Of a stretch of 64,000 nt of DNA, positions 51,855 to 61,913 are shown one piece after another (positions within the stretch are counted from its first letter, which is position 1; each line of letters opens with the position of its first letter). The notes under the pieces are model-generated. The model worked only from the letters and a program-made list of their open reading frames with translations. It was not told the DNA's origin and made no database searches. The stretch covers positions 64,001 through 128,000 of the forward strand of contig CAVVXH010000015.1 in the NCBI GenBank assembly GCA_963752155.1, in the 5' to 3' direction. The position numbers were made by a program, and so were the translations under genes. The stretch is from an uncultured Parachlamydiaceae bacterium (GTDB lineage: Bacteria > Chlamydiota > Chlamydiia > Chlamydiales > Parachlamydiaceae).

Positions 51855-53178
51855 ATGCTGTTGAAGTCAATTTCGATACTTTAGTGGGTCCAACACATAA
51901 TACAAGCGTTATTTCTTTTGGAAATATCGCTTCGCAAACGCGTCACTTGGCTCCTTCAAATCCCAGAGCTGCAGCTCTTCAGGGCCTCGAAAAAATGTTT
52001 TTTCTCGACTCTTTGGGTCTTCGTCAGGGGATTTTTCCACCTCAGAGACGTCCCGATATTCCAACTCTCAGATTGCTAGGCTTTCATGGTACAGATCGAG
52101 AAGTTCTTAAAAGGACTTGGGAACAAAGTCCACTGATATTAATGAGCGTTTGTTCCTCAGCTTCTATGTGGACAGCCAACAGCTCCGTCATTACCCCTTC
52201 ATGTGATAACAAAGATAATCGCGTACATATTACACCTGCGAATTTAAGTAGCAAATTTCACCGATCGATCGAAGCACCACATACAGCAAGAACTTTAAAA
52301 CTAGTTTTTCCCGGAGCCACATTTTGAACACCATCCACCTCTACCCTATGGAAATTACTTCAGCGATGAAGGAACAAGTCAACCATACCTGCTTAGCAAA
52401 ATGCATGGCACACCTGGAGTACACCACTTTGTGTATGGACGCTCTAGCTTCAAAGAGAACTTGCTTGCTCCGAATCGATATCCGGCGCGTCAAGCGCTTG
52501 AAGCGAGTGAATCTGTGGCAAGATTTCACGGCTTAAACCCTTCCGCCGTTTGCTTTGTTCAGCAAAATCCAGAAGCGATAGATGGTGGAGTCTTCCATAA
52601 TGATGTGATTTCTGTCGGCAATAACAATCTATTTCTTTACCACGAAAAGGCCTTTTGCAATAGTGAAAATCATATTAACATCCTCAAAAATGCAGTGAAT
52701 GAAACATGTCAAACTCATCTAATTTGCATCAAAGTCCTTGAAAAGCAAGTTTCACTAAAAGACGCCGTCGAATCTTATCTTTTTAATTCTCAGCTTATTA
52801 CATTGAAAGACAATACCATGATGATCATACCCTATCGAATGCCCAGAAACGACTCCTTCGGTCTTCAAATATTTAACTGAATTAACAGAAGATCCCGACA
52901 ATCCTGTCGGCAGAATCCACTATTTTAACTTGAATGAGAGCATGCTCAGTGGCGGAGGACCTGCATGCTTGCGCATACGCGTCGTCCTGACACAAAATGA
53001 GTTGGCAACTGTCAATCCACGTTTTATGTTTACTAAGAACCTTTATGAGAAATTAGTCGAATGCGTCAATAAACACTATAGAACAGAACTTGTGCCGAAA
53101 GATTTTGCAGACCCTAAATTTTTTGATGAGTTAATGGAGGCTCAGGACGCGATTGAAAGAATCTTCGAAATTCAATAG
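51851..53178 (+). pseudogene. astB: N-succinylarginine dihydrolase, multiply frameshifted (or sequence errors)
   Basis: EVNFD.LVGPTHN, SMWTAN, FHNDVISV, SYLFNSQL, SM..GGGPACLR spread over different frames. Confidence 0.88.
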
Positions 53179-53187
53179 AGTCATTTA

Positions 53188-53247
53188 AACACGTTATTCC
53201 ATGGAAAAACGTGTTCATCACCCACGTTTTTCCATGGAATAACGTGG
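53188..53247. repeat. Family G tandem palindromes (cacgtt.ttccatggaa.aacgtg) x2
   Basis: Two copies upstream of the ATPase; a third at 57472-57498. Confidence 0.8.
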
Positions 53248-53289
53248 AAATGTCTTGCTCTATCGACTCTATTTCGTTAGAATAAAATT

Positions 53290-54583
53290 ATGAAACGCAA
53301 TATCTATCAGTCCCTTCAAGAGTGGAAAGAATCTCCTCGCCGCAAACCTCTTATTTTAAATGGAGTCAGACAATGTGGCAAAACCTATTCTCTCAAGTAT
53401 TTTGGTCATACATTTTACAAAAATATCGCCTATCTAAATTTTGAAAGAGATGAAAAACTTAGTCAATATTTTGAAGAGACCCTAGACCCAAAGCGACTCA
53501 TAAAGATCCTCAGCATACACTTAGAAGTTGAGATTGAAGCCGAAAAGACACTACTCATTTTTGATGAAATACAGAACTGCTCAAAAGCCCTCAATAGTTT
53601 AAAGTATTTTTGCGAAGAAGCCAATGAATATCACATAGCAGCTGCAGGTTCTCTCCTGGGTGTAACAACAGTCCGAGAAGCAGGGTTTTCCTGTAGGGAA
53701 AGTGAACTTCCTTCACCTTTATCCCTTAACATTTTTCGAATTTCTCACAGCTATAGGACAAGATAAAACGCGCTTGTTCCTAGAGGAATATCATTCATAT
53801 GATCCCATTCCAAATCCACTGCATGAAAAATTAATCCATTTTCTAAAAATTTATCTTTTTATTGGTGGAATGCCAGAAGCGGTAGCTGAATATGCAAAGA
53901 CAGAAAATCTGAACGTCGTTAGAGAAATTCAACTGGAAATTCTTTCGGCATACGAAAAAGACTTTTCAAAGCATGCCCCTCCTACAGAAATTATGAAGAT
54001 CATGACAGTCTGGACACAAATTCATCGCCAATTAGCAAAAGAAAACAAAAAATTCATTTTTGCAGCAATACGAAAAAGCGCTAGAGGCCGAGATTATGAA
54101 GAAGCCATTCAATGGCTTTCAGATGCAGGACTTATTCACAAAAGCTATCTAGTTGAAACTCCTAAATTTCCTCTTAAGCAGCCTATGCCGACAATTCGAC
54201 TTTTAAAGTCTTTCTATGCGATGTAGGATTGCTAGGAGCCCAAAGCAATCTTTCTCCTCAAACAATTATTGATGGAGATCGATTTATTTGCTGAATTCAA
54301 AGGAGCTCTTACAGAAAATTATGTAGCCCAGGAATTAATCGCAACTCAAAATAAAAAGCCTTATTACTGGACTAGCCAAGGCACAGCTGAAATTGACTTT
54401 TTGATTGAAAGTGACCATGAAATTTATCCGTTAGAAGTGAAAGCTGGCGAAAGCAGAAAAAAAAGAGTCTTCTTGTTTACGAACAGAAATACTCTCCTTC
54501 AAAGCTTCTTAGATCCACAACTATGAATTTAAAACATGATGGAAATATCTATAATTATCCACTTTATTTGGTGTCTCAGTTAA
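53290..54583 (+). pseudogene. AAA_14 ATPase with DUF4143 domain, multiply frameshifted
   Basis: MKR start, GVRQCGKT, FDEIQ, GGMPE, ENYVAQEL, EIDF...PLEVKAG in successive frames. Confidence 0.85.
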
Positions 54584-54585
54584 CA

Positions 54586-55501
54586 TAGCAATTCCCGCTA
54601 AACTTTCGTGTGCGTGTGCGTGCCCGAAAAATTTCGTAGATTTTACTAATTTTCGGGCACGGGCACCTTACTTTCCGCAGGTAAAAGTGATGCAAGATTT
54701 TATCCGAAAAACATTGTATAGAGTTAGGTCTACACTTTTTTTTTATTCCTTTTTCGGAACATTTTTCAAATTTGACCCCGAAATCACTCTTCTTCAATCA
54801 AAAAATACCGACCTTCCTTTTGAGCTTTTTTGAATTAATTCTTTCTCATTCTCGTAAAAAAGATTTTTGACTTTCTTATCAATCTCATTTAATTCTCTAA
54901 GTATCTTCCGATATCTTCGATAATTAAATGTTCAATGATGTCACCACCTTCTTCAATTATCGTTCTTATCGTCTTTATCGTTTTTATCGTTCTTATCGTT
55001 TTTATCATTTTTATCGTTTTTATCGTTTTTATCGTTGCATCGTTGATTACGTCTACATATCCAACTCACAGGGTATTTTGAGCTTATTTTACTGCAATTT
55101 CATTGATGTTCACAGCTTGATACGTTCTGTTGCTACTGTAGATCAACGGTATAAACGATAGGAACGATAAGAACGATAAGAAGGATAGGAACGATAATAA
55201 GGATAAGAATGATAATTGAGGAAGGTGGTGACATCATTGAACATTATGAACTATCTGATTTGCATTTGAGCATACTTAAAATGCTAGGAATTGAAAAGAA
55301 ACATTATTGGCAGACCTCCGCAGGATAATTTAATATGATCATCTATTTTGCCAATCAAAAACAACCAGCTTGGCTATCCTCGCCAAGGGGGATCGTTTTC
55401 CATGGCGGTTGACATCAGTAAGGCATCACAAAATTGCATCACTTCTACCCGCGGAAAGTAGGGGGCACGCACACGGGCACGAAAATTAGCGGGAATTACT
55501 G
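54586..55501. mobile_element. 916-bp non-autonomous family E element with 9-bp target-site duplication, carrying a family D array
   Basis: Ends tagcaattcccgctaa... and ...ttagcgggaattactg; CAGTTAACA at 54577-54585 and 55502-55510. Confidence 0.85.
54927..55245. repeat. Family D inverted 9-bp arrays, copy 3, with opposite polarity and an outer 35-bp inverted repeat
   Basis: (ATCGTTTTT)n 54957-55036, (AAGAACGAT)n 55152-55215; aatgttcaatgatgtcaccacctt and aaggtggtgacatcattgaacatt. Confidence 0.88.
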
Positions 55502-55587
55502 CAGTTAACATCTTGCTATTGACCAAAAAATTTTATTTTGATAAGATAAACATGCACAATTTAAAATTTTTAATTCAAGGAGTTAAA

Positions 55588-57459
55588 ATGTTTGTAAACA
55601 ATGCTCAGAATAGCATTTCTACACAGGTACCATTTAATGCTAAACAACCATTTGCAAACCTACCACAAGCTCTACCTTCTGTCCTGATCAACTTAATCTT
55701 AGATAAACTTGATGATTCATCATTCGTCCGAATGACAAACTTAACTAAATATTTGATAAGTTATTCTAAATCCAATCTAGAGACCAAACAACGCAAAGAT
55801 CAAATAAAATTGGCTAATTTTATGTCACTTGCATTTGGTACTCCTGCGGACCCCATTAATTTGATCGTTGGCGAAATGGATATTTTATCATTAATTAGAA
55901 TGAGTAAATTAAGTAAATTATGGGCTATAAATCCAGAAATTATGAGAAAGAAGTTATTCCTAAAAATTGAATATACATTTAAAAAAATTCCCCACCATAT
56001 AGACAAAAATCTCGAAATTGCTAAAATACAATTTAAACTAGCTCAAATTGATCCACTTTATTTAGACGAAGCTAAAAAAGCTGCTAAAGATTTTGCATAT
56101 GACCCAAACAATGAAAAATCTCAATTATTATTTGAAATAATAAAGTTCGAAGCTAAAATAATCGAAACTAAAATTGAAAATATGAGCAAAGTCAAAGATA
56201 AAGATAATCTTGATGAATTGACTATAGAAATTATTAATTCTTTTGACGCACTTAAAGAAACCATAAAATCTATTAAATCTGAAGAACTAAAAGATCAAGC
56301 ATTGCTTGAAATCGTTAAGGTCGAATCTAAATGGGATGTTGAAATAGCTAAAGTTACCGCACTATCTATTAAGTCTGAAGAATTAAAATGTAAAGCATTG
56401 CTTGAAATCGCTAAATTTGATCCTATGCATGATTTTACGGAACTTAAAAAGATTGCCACAGCTTCTCATTCAAGCAATTTGATGTTAGATATTGTGAAAC
56501 TTGAAGTTCAATATGATATTGAAGAAGCTAAAAGGACCGCCGAATTAATTCAAGATAAAGTCTTAAAAATTGATGCCTATCTTGAAATTGCTAAAGTAAG
56601 TCTTGCAAACGAATATGAGGTTCTGCTGGCAAAAATTCTAGAGATGGGTAAATCTTTGGACATTCATCAACGAGGAAATATGCTCCTTAAAATAGTAAAA
56701 ATGGAGATTAGGTTCCCAAGATTTTTCCCTAAAAGAGCTGATCAGTTTGCCAGGATGATTAAAGATCCTTCTACTAAAGCCAAAGCGCTACTTGAAGTCT
56801 TAACTTGCTACCGTACACACGGTAATTATCTTGAAACTAGACGAATGGTGGCTGATATTATAGATCTCCCCCTATACGAAAATATTAAAAAAGATGATTT
56901 ATTATTATATGAAATTGCAATAAATGTAGGAAAGAGTGATCTTCTTGCTGCTGAAGATATAATAAAAAATGTTAGTGATCCATTTCTAAAAATTCAATTT
57001 AATTTTGAACTTAGTAATGAAAGGCTTGCTGATAATATTCACTTTTTTGACAATTTCAATTACGATATTTTAGAAGAAGAAAATATAGTAATCGAAAAAG
57101 AGGTGAGAGGTGTTGAAATTACCTGTCCGCCTAGAAAGAATGATCTTAAGTACAGACGTGCCTGTGCGATGTTTGAATTGGCTAAGAATAGCTCTAAACC
57201 AGACTTCACGGAAGTTAAAATTGCAAATAAATCTCAAACTGCTAATCGCTTAAAACAAATATCAACGGGTAACCCTAGATATCCTTATAGTTTTAAATCT
57301 GAACAAATAGAGTATCCGAACGATCACCTTACTCTAAATATTGTAAAAGAAGAAATTAAATATGACATGATGACAGCTATTCAAACCGCCGATTCTATTA
57401 GAGATCCAGGCCTAAAAGCTCTCGCTTATCTTGAAATAGCAAAAGCAGTGCGTGATTAA
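55588..57459 (+). CDS. Tandem F-box-like plus helical-repeat protein (effector-like)
   Basis: LPSVLINLILDKLD and PADPINLIVGEMD F-box-like segments; ALLEIAKFDP.HDFT repeats; start ATG 55588 after AAGGAG. Confidence 0.78.
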   Translation: MFVNNAQNSISTQVPFNAKQPFANLPQALPSVLINLILDKLDDSSFVRMTNLTKYLISYSKSNLETKQRKDQIKLANFMSLAFGTPADPINLIVGEMDILSLIRMSKLSKLWAINPEIMRKKLFLKIEYTFKKIPHHIDKNLEIAKIQFKLAQIDPLYLDEAKKAAKDFAYDPNNEKSQLLFEIIKFEAKIIETKIENMSKVKDKDNLDELTIEIINSFDALKETIKSIKSEELKDQALLEIVKVESKWDVEIAKVTALSIKSEELKCKALLEIAKFDPMHDFTELKKIATASHSSNLMLDIVKLEVQYDIEEAKRTAELIQDKVLKIDAYLEIAKVSLANEYEVLLAKILEMGKSLDIHQRGNMLLKIVKMEIRFPRFFPKRADQFARMIKDPSTKAKALLEVLTCYRTHGNYLETRRMVADIIDLPLYENIKKDDLLLYEIAINVGKSDLLAAEDIIKNVSDPFLKIQFNFELSNERLADNIHFFDNFNYDILEEENIVIEKEVRGVEITCPPRKNDLKYRRACAMFELAKNSSKPDFTEVKIANKSQTANRLKQISTGNPRYPYSFKSEQIEYPNDHLTLNIVKEEIKYDMMTAIQTADSIRDPGLKALAYLEIAKAVRD

Positions 57460-57504
57460 TGCAATCCCATGAACACGTTATTCCATGGAATAACGTGGAA
57501 ATGT

Positions 57505-57691
57505 AAATTGTAGCTCATCACTCCGATGCTGAGTGTAGCCACGTAGCCTCCATATGGTCTAAACCACTGTGTGAAATCGTAATAACCAAAAAATTGCGCA
57601 AATTTCTTAGCCGTTACGATCTCACGCAGTGGTTTAGACCATATGGAGGCTACGTGACTACACTCAACATCGGAATGATGAGCTACAGTTT
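57505..57691. repeat. Family H long hairpin
   Basis: gtagctcatca.tccgatg.tgagtgtag.cacgtagcctccatatggtctaaaccactg and its reverse complement. Confidence 0.88.
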
Positions 57692-57759
57692 GCTCAAATT
57701 TCTTAGCTGTTACGATATCAGTCGATTTTGTAATCTTCCCTAGACATCCGGTATAAGAT

Positions 57760-57795
57760 GCGCACACGACCACGAAAGTTTAGCGGGAATTGCTG
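57760..57795. repeat. Family E right-end fragment
   Basis: cacgaaagtttagcgggaattgctg. Confidence 0.7.
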
Positions 57796-57902
57796 ACCGC
57801 TTCTCATATGCCTTCCCTTTAAATTGATATTTTGGTATAATTACTAGTAAAAATCTATTGTTTGAAAACTAGATGTTTTGTAACTAACTCAGGAGGTGAC
57901 TG

Positions 57903-59033
57903 ATGAATAATGCTAAAGGTATCAACTGGGGGACAGCGATTTTCTTGATCACTTATCAAGTCATCTTACTGTTTTCTTTGCCTTTTTATTTTTACTACTG
58001 CACTCCCCATATAGGGACCCTCATTAGTGCCTTTGTTTTGCTATGGTTAACAGGCCTCAGTATCACTGCAGGCTATCACCGTTGTTTTGCTCATCGTAGC
58101 TACAAGGCCCACCCTGTTCTTGAAGCCATATTAGTTTTTTTCGGAACAATGGCCGTCCAAGCAAGCGTCTTACGCTGGTCTTACGAACATCGCCTTCATC
58201 ATGCTTTCGTCGATACAGATAAAGATCCCTATTCCATTAAGAAGGGCTTCTGGTATGCACACTTTTTGTGGATGCTAGAAAAGCTTCAGCCCATTGATCC
58301 TAAAGTTGTTCCTGACCTAATCAACAAAAAGATGATCAGCTTTCAACACCGCTATTATAAATTTTTAATGGTTGCCGTCAATGCATTAGTATTTTTTGCG
58401 GTGGGAGCGGCTTTCCAAGATTACTGGGGCGCATTTTTTATAGCTGTGTGGCTGCGCATTTTCTGCTTACAACATTTTACATGGTTCATTAATTCTCTTG
58501 CTCATACTTGGGGCAGCAAACAATTCAGCCTTGAACAATCTGCTGTCGATAACTATGTGATCGCCTTGTTGACATTTGGAGAAGGTTATCACAACTTCCA
58601 TCATACGTTTGCAAACGACTATCGCAATGGAATTCGTTGGTTTCATTTTGATCCAACGAAATGGCTCATCTGGACACTCTCAAAAGTCGGCCTTGCACAT
58701 GGCCTAAAAAAGACCGACTCTTTGACAATAAAAAAACGATTGATCATAGAGCATAAAGCTTATCTAATGGAAAATCTTTCTAGCTACTGGGAAGACACAA
58801 AACACGAACTTGAAAAACAGGTTATCGATCTCTCGGAACGGATTTTATCAAGTATCACTGAATTTGCTAAGCTCAGAGAACTGCAATCAAAGAAAGAAAC
58901 TTCTGAACCTAGTTCTATAGAACAAATTCAGGGGAATATTCGTGAACTGCAGATGAAATTAAAAGAAGACTGGAATCAGTGGAAAGCGTTGTCACATAGT
59001 ATTTTACGACCTGAAAATCGACCAATAGCTTAG
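57903..59033 (+). CDS. Acyl-CoA delta-9 type fatty acid desaturase
   Basis: His boxes HRCFAH, HRLHH, HNFHH; NSLAH. Confidence 0.94.
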   Translation: MNNAKGINWGTAIFLITYQVILLFSLPFYFYYCTPHIGTLISAFVLLWLTGLSITAGYHRCFAHRSYKAHPVLEAILVFFGTMAVQASVLRWSYEHRLHHAFVDTDKDPYSIKKGFWYAHFLWMLEKLQPIDPKVVPDLINKKMISFQHRYYKFLMVAVNALVFFAVGAAFQDYWGAFFIAVWLRIFCLQHFTWFINSLAHTWGSKQFSLEQSAVDNYVIALLTFGEGYHNFHHTFANDYRNGIRWFHFDPTKWLIWTLSKVGLAHGLKKTDSLTIKKRLIIEHKAYLMENLSSYWEDTKHELEKQVIDLSERILSSITEFAKLRELQSKKETSEPSSIEQIQGNIRELQMKLKEDWNQWKALSHSILRPENRPIA

Positions 59034-59122
59034 GGACTGGGCAAGGACGGGATGTCCTTGCCGCCCTAAAAACCCTCCTTCACCCCTCTCAGCGCCATCT
59101 TTTTATTTTTCTTATTTTTCTG

Positions 59123-59152
59123 TTGACTCAATATTTACAAGAATTGTATAAA
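59123..59152 (+). promoter_or_regulatory. Probable sigma70-type promoter of the tRNA
   Basis: TTGACT-18 bp-TATAAA just upstream of the tRNA. Confidence 0.5.
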
Positions 59153-59162
59153 TAGCTTTTAC

Positions 59163-59234
59163 GGTGGCATGGCCAAGTGGTAAGGCAGAAGCCTGCAAAG
59201 CTTCCATTCCCCAGTTCGAATCTGGGTGCCACCT
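59163..59234 (+). tRNA. tRNA-Cys(GCA)
   Basis: Acceptor GGTGGCA/TGCCACC, anticodon arm GAAGC-CTGCAAA-GCTTC, GTTCGAAT T-loop; CCA not encoded. Confidence 0.96.
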
Positions 59235-59274
59235 TACTTTCAATCAGTACAAGCAAACAAGCTAACCAATCCTG

Positions 59275-60102
59275 ATGCTCTATTTAGTAGCAACCCCTAT
59301 AGGAAATCTTTCGGACATCACCTTCAGAGCCGTCGAAACCCTCTCCATGTGCGACTATATCCTCTGTGAAGACACTCGATACAGCCTACGTCTATTACAA
59401 CACTATAAAATCCATAAACCTTGTCGCAGCTTTCATAAATTCAATGAAATCCAAAAAGAAAACAGTCTAATCGACGACCTAAAATCCGGAAAATCGATAG
59501 CTCTCATTTCTGACGCCGGAACTCCAGGCATCTCCGATCCTGGTGAACATTTAGTCAAACGATGCATCGAAGAAAACATCCCTGTAACAACCATCCCCGG
59601 ACCTTGTGCTGCTATTGCAGCGCTCTCTTGCTCAGGATTCACGACGCAAAAATTCCAATTTTATGGATTTTTACCCCGCACCGACAAGGCTTTAAAGAAT
59701 ACTCTCCTTGAACTCCTCGATTATAATGGTACATCTATCTGTTATGAGTCCCCTAAACGTCTTTCACATACACTACATGCAATAGAAAGCCTGGCTCCAA
59801 CAAGACAACTTGCCATTGCCCGCGAACTTACAAAAATACATGAAGAAATCATACGCGGAACCGCAACGAGTTTACTTCAAAGATATGAATCCGGAGTCAA
59901 AGGTGAAATCGTATTGCTGATTGAACCTAATCCTAATAGCGGAGAGACAAGCTGGCAGTCTCTATCTCCTGAAGAACACGTCAAAGAAGTCGAAAAAACC
60001 TATCATCTTTCACAACGTGATGCGATTAAAATGGTAGCTACGCTACGTGGTGAAAGCAAACGTAGCATCTACAACAAAATGGTTTTACAAAATACCCCTT
60101 AA
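59275..60102 (+). CDS. rsmI: 16S rRNA (cytidine1402-2'-O)-methyltransferase
   Basis: LYLVATPIGNL.DIT.RA, SDAGTPGISDPG, RELTKIHEE. Confidence 0.96.
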   Translation: MLYLVATPIGNLSDITFRAVETLSMCDYILCEDTRYSLRLLQHYKIHKPCRSFHKFNEIQKENSLIDDLKSGKSIALISDAGTPGISDPGEHLVKRCIEENIPVTTIPGPCAAIAALSCSGFTTQKFQFYGFLPRTDKALKNTLLELLDYNGTSICYESPKRLSHTLHAIESLAPTRQLAIARELTKIHEEIIRGTATSLLQRYESGVKGEIVLLIEPNPNSGETSWQSLSPEEHVKEVEKTYHLSQRDAIKMVATLRGESKRSIYNKMVLQNTP

Positions 60103-60152
60103 AACGTTATTCTCTCTTTTTTGCATAGCATACCCCAACAAGGAGCTCCACC

Positions 60153-61430
60153 ATGAATATTCACCAATGGATATCATTTACTACCACAGCACTTTTGTCA
60201 ATCCTTTGCATCTCTCAAAGCTCAGCTAGCACTTTCTCCCCCGGAGCCAAAGCTGCTGGAATGGGATCTACAGGTGTAGCCTATTCACAAGATTCCCTAG
60301 CCGGAGCCTATAATCCTGCAGGGATCGTCGATGTCGAAGATCGCATAGATTTTGGCTTTGGCTGGACAAGAGAAAGAGGAAATATAGAAATAAAGCCTCC
60401 TATAAAAAATAATACCGAAGACTCAGGCGATAGCTTTGAAAGCCCCGTTAACTTCTTTAATGGAGAATTCGGAATTAATAAAGTTTTTTCTACCTGTTTT
60501 TGTAATAACTACTGGGATTGGGCCATTGGGTTAGTTGGATATAACCAAGATTATCTAAAAACGTCCTATAAAAAGCCTATTTCCTTTCTTGGAACAACAA
60601 AAGCTGGTCTAGAATACATCCATGAAATCATTTCACCCGTTATTAGCTTACGTTTAAACCAATGCCACGCGATTGGAATATCCTTAGATGTTCATTTTCA
60701 AAGAATACGGGTAAATGGATTACAGGAATTAGCCAAAGATAACCTAAGTATTTTCCCTCAAGATGTGACAAATAAAGGCTACTGCTATTCTTCAGACATC
60801 GGAGTTTCTATTGGCTGGAAATGGGAAGTCATGGAAGCCTTAACAGTTGGTGCTACCTACCACAGCAAAACAAGCACACGTAAATTCAATAAATATAAAG
60901 GACTCTTTGCTGAAGAAGGTCAAATCCACATACCTGAACGTTATGCCCTCGGATTGGCTTATCAATATCTACCGAATTCCACATTCACTTTTGATGTAGA
61001 ATGGATCCAATGGCAGGAGATTAAGTCATTGCATAACTCCATTGAAAACCTCAAAAAAAAGCAAAAATTCGGCAGCAACGAAGGCCCAGGATTTGGTTTC
61101 CGCAATCAAATTTATTTTGGTCTTGGCCTTGATTATGGGATCAATGAAAACTGGACAATCAGAATGGGTTATAGACAGACCAATACATTTCTCAAGAATA
61201 CACAGACCACTTTAAACATCCTTACCTGCAACACTGTCGAAAGCTACCTCACGTTAGGAGCCACCTTTACGTGGAGATCTAATGAATTCACAGCATTCTT
61301 TGCCCACGGTTTTGAACATACCGTCAATGGTAAAAAAGAGATTCCAGAAATTCTTGACAAAGACAAAAATAAAGTAAATCTTACGGAGAGCAACAATACT
61401 CTAGGGATCTCATGGGGTTATCTATTCTAG
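60153..61430 (+). CDS. OmpP1/FadL family outer membrane transporter
   Basis: Signal peptide, GAKAAGMG, YNPAG motif, C-terminal YLF. Confidence 0.88.
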   Translation: MNIHQWISFTTTALLSILCISQSSASTFSPGAKAAGMGSTGVAYSQDSLAGAYNPAGIVDVEDRIDFGFGWTRERGNIEIKPPIKNNTEDSGDSFESPVNFFNGEFGINKVFSTCFCNNYWDWAIGLVGYNQDYLKTSYKKPISFLGTTKAGLEYIHEIISPVISLRLNQCHAIGISLDVHFQRIRVNGLQELAKDNLSIFPQDVTNKGYCYSSDIGVSIGWKWEVMEALTVGATYHSKTSTRKFNKYKGLFAEEGQIHIPERYALGLAYQYLPNSTFTFDVEWIQWQEIKSLHNSIENLKKKQKFGSNEGPGFGFRNQIYFGLGLDYGINENWTIRMGYRQTNTFLKNTQTTLNILTCNTVESYLTLGATFTWRSNEFTAFFAHGFEHTVNGKKEIPEILDKDKNKVNLTESNNTLGISWGYLF

Positions 61431-61466
61431 CCGGTAGGTGCTGCGCTTTAAATAACAAAATCGACT

Positions 61467-61666
61467 GATGCTGAATACTAAGAAAAATTAAACTCAAAGG
61501 GACGAAGGCACAAAGAGCACCAAGAGATCTTACGCGAAGAATCTTCAGTTTAAAGAGAAAATAGTAAATTTTATACTTTACATGTAAGATATCTTTGTGC
61601 TCTTTGTGCCTTCGTGCCTTTGTGTTTAATTTTTTCCTATACTTTATATCCTAATATCGCAGCATC
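61467..61666. repeat. Family F palindromic element, copy 2
   Basis: Homologous to 19102-19296. Confidence 0.88.
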
Positions 61667-61720
61667 TGGCCTCGTTACCTACCATTGCCCACTCTTTAAG
61701 ACTCTAAAAATACCAAAACT

Positions 61721-61901
61721 TAATTTTGTGGTATGAAAACCCACACGAAAATTCATACCACAAAATAAAGAAAAGCTAATTTTGTGGTATGAAAATATAA
61801 AGGAAATATCATACCATAAAAAGAAGAAAAGCTAATTTTGTGGTATGAAAACTCACACGAAAATTCATACCACAAAATAAAGAAAAGCTAATTTTGTGGT
61901 A
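61721..61901. repeat. Three full 56-bp palindromic units plus a partial fourth, in tandem
   Basis: Units start at 61721, 61777, 61833, 61889: taattttgtggtatgaaaa-N13-tcataccacaaaataaagaaaagc. Confidence 0.92.
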
Positions 61902-61913
61902 TAAGGAAAACTC

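Noticed and set aside
59163..59234. tRNA-anchored genomic island
   Set aside because: No duplicated tRNA 3' end or integrase; rsmI follows directly
61721..61901. CRISPR array
   Set aside because: Variable parts are only 13 nt, two of three are almost identical, and there are no cas genes in the window
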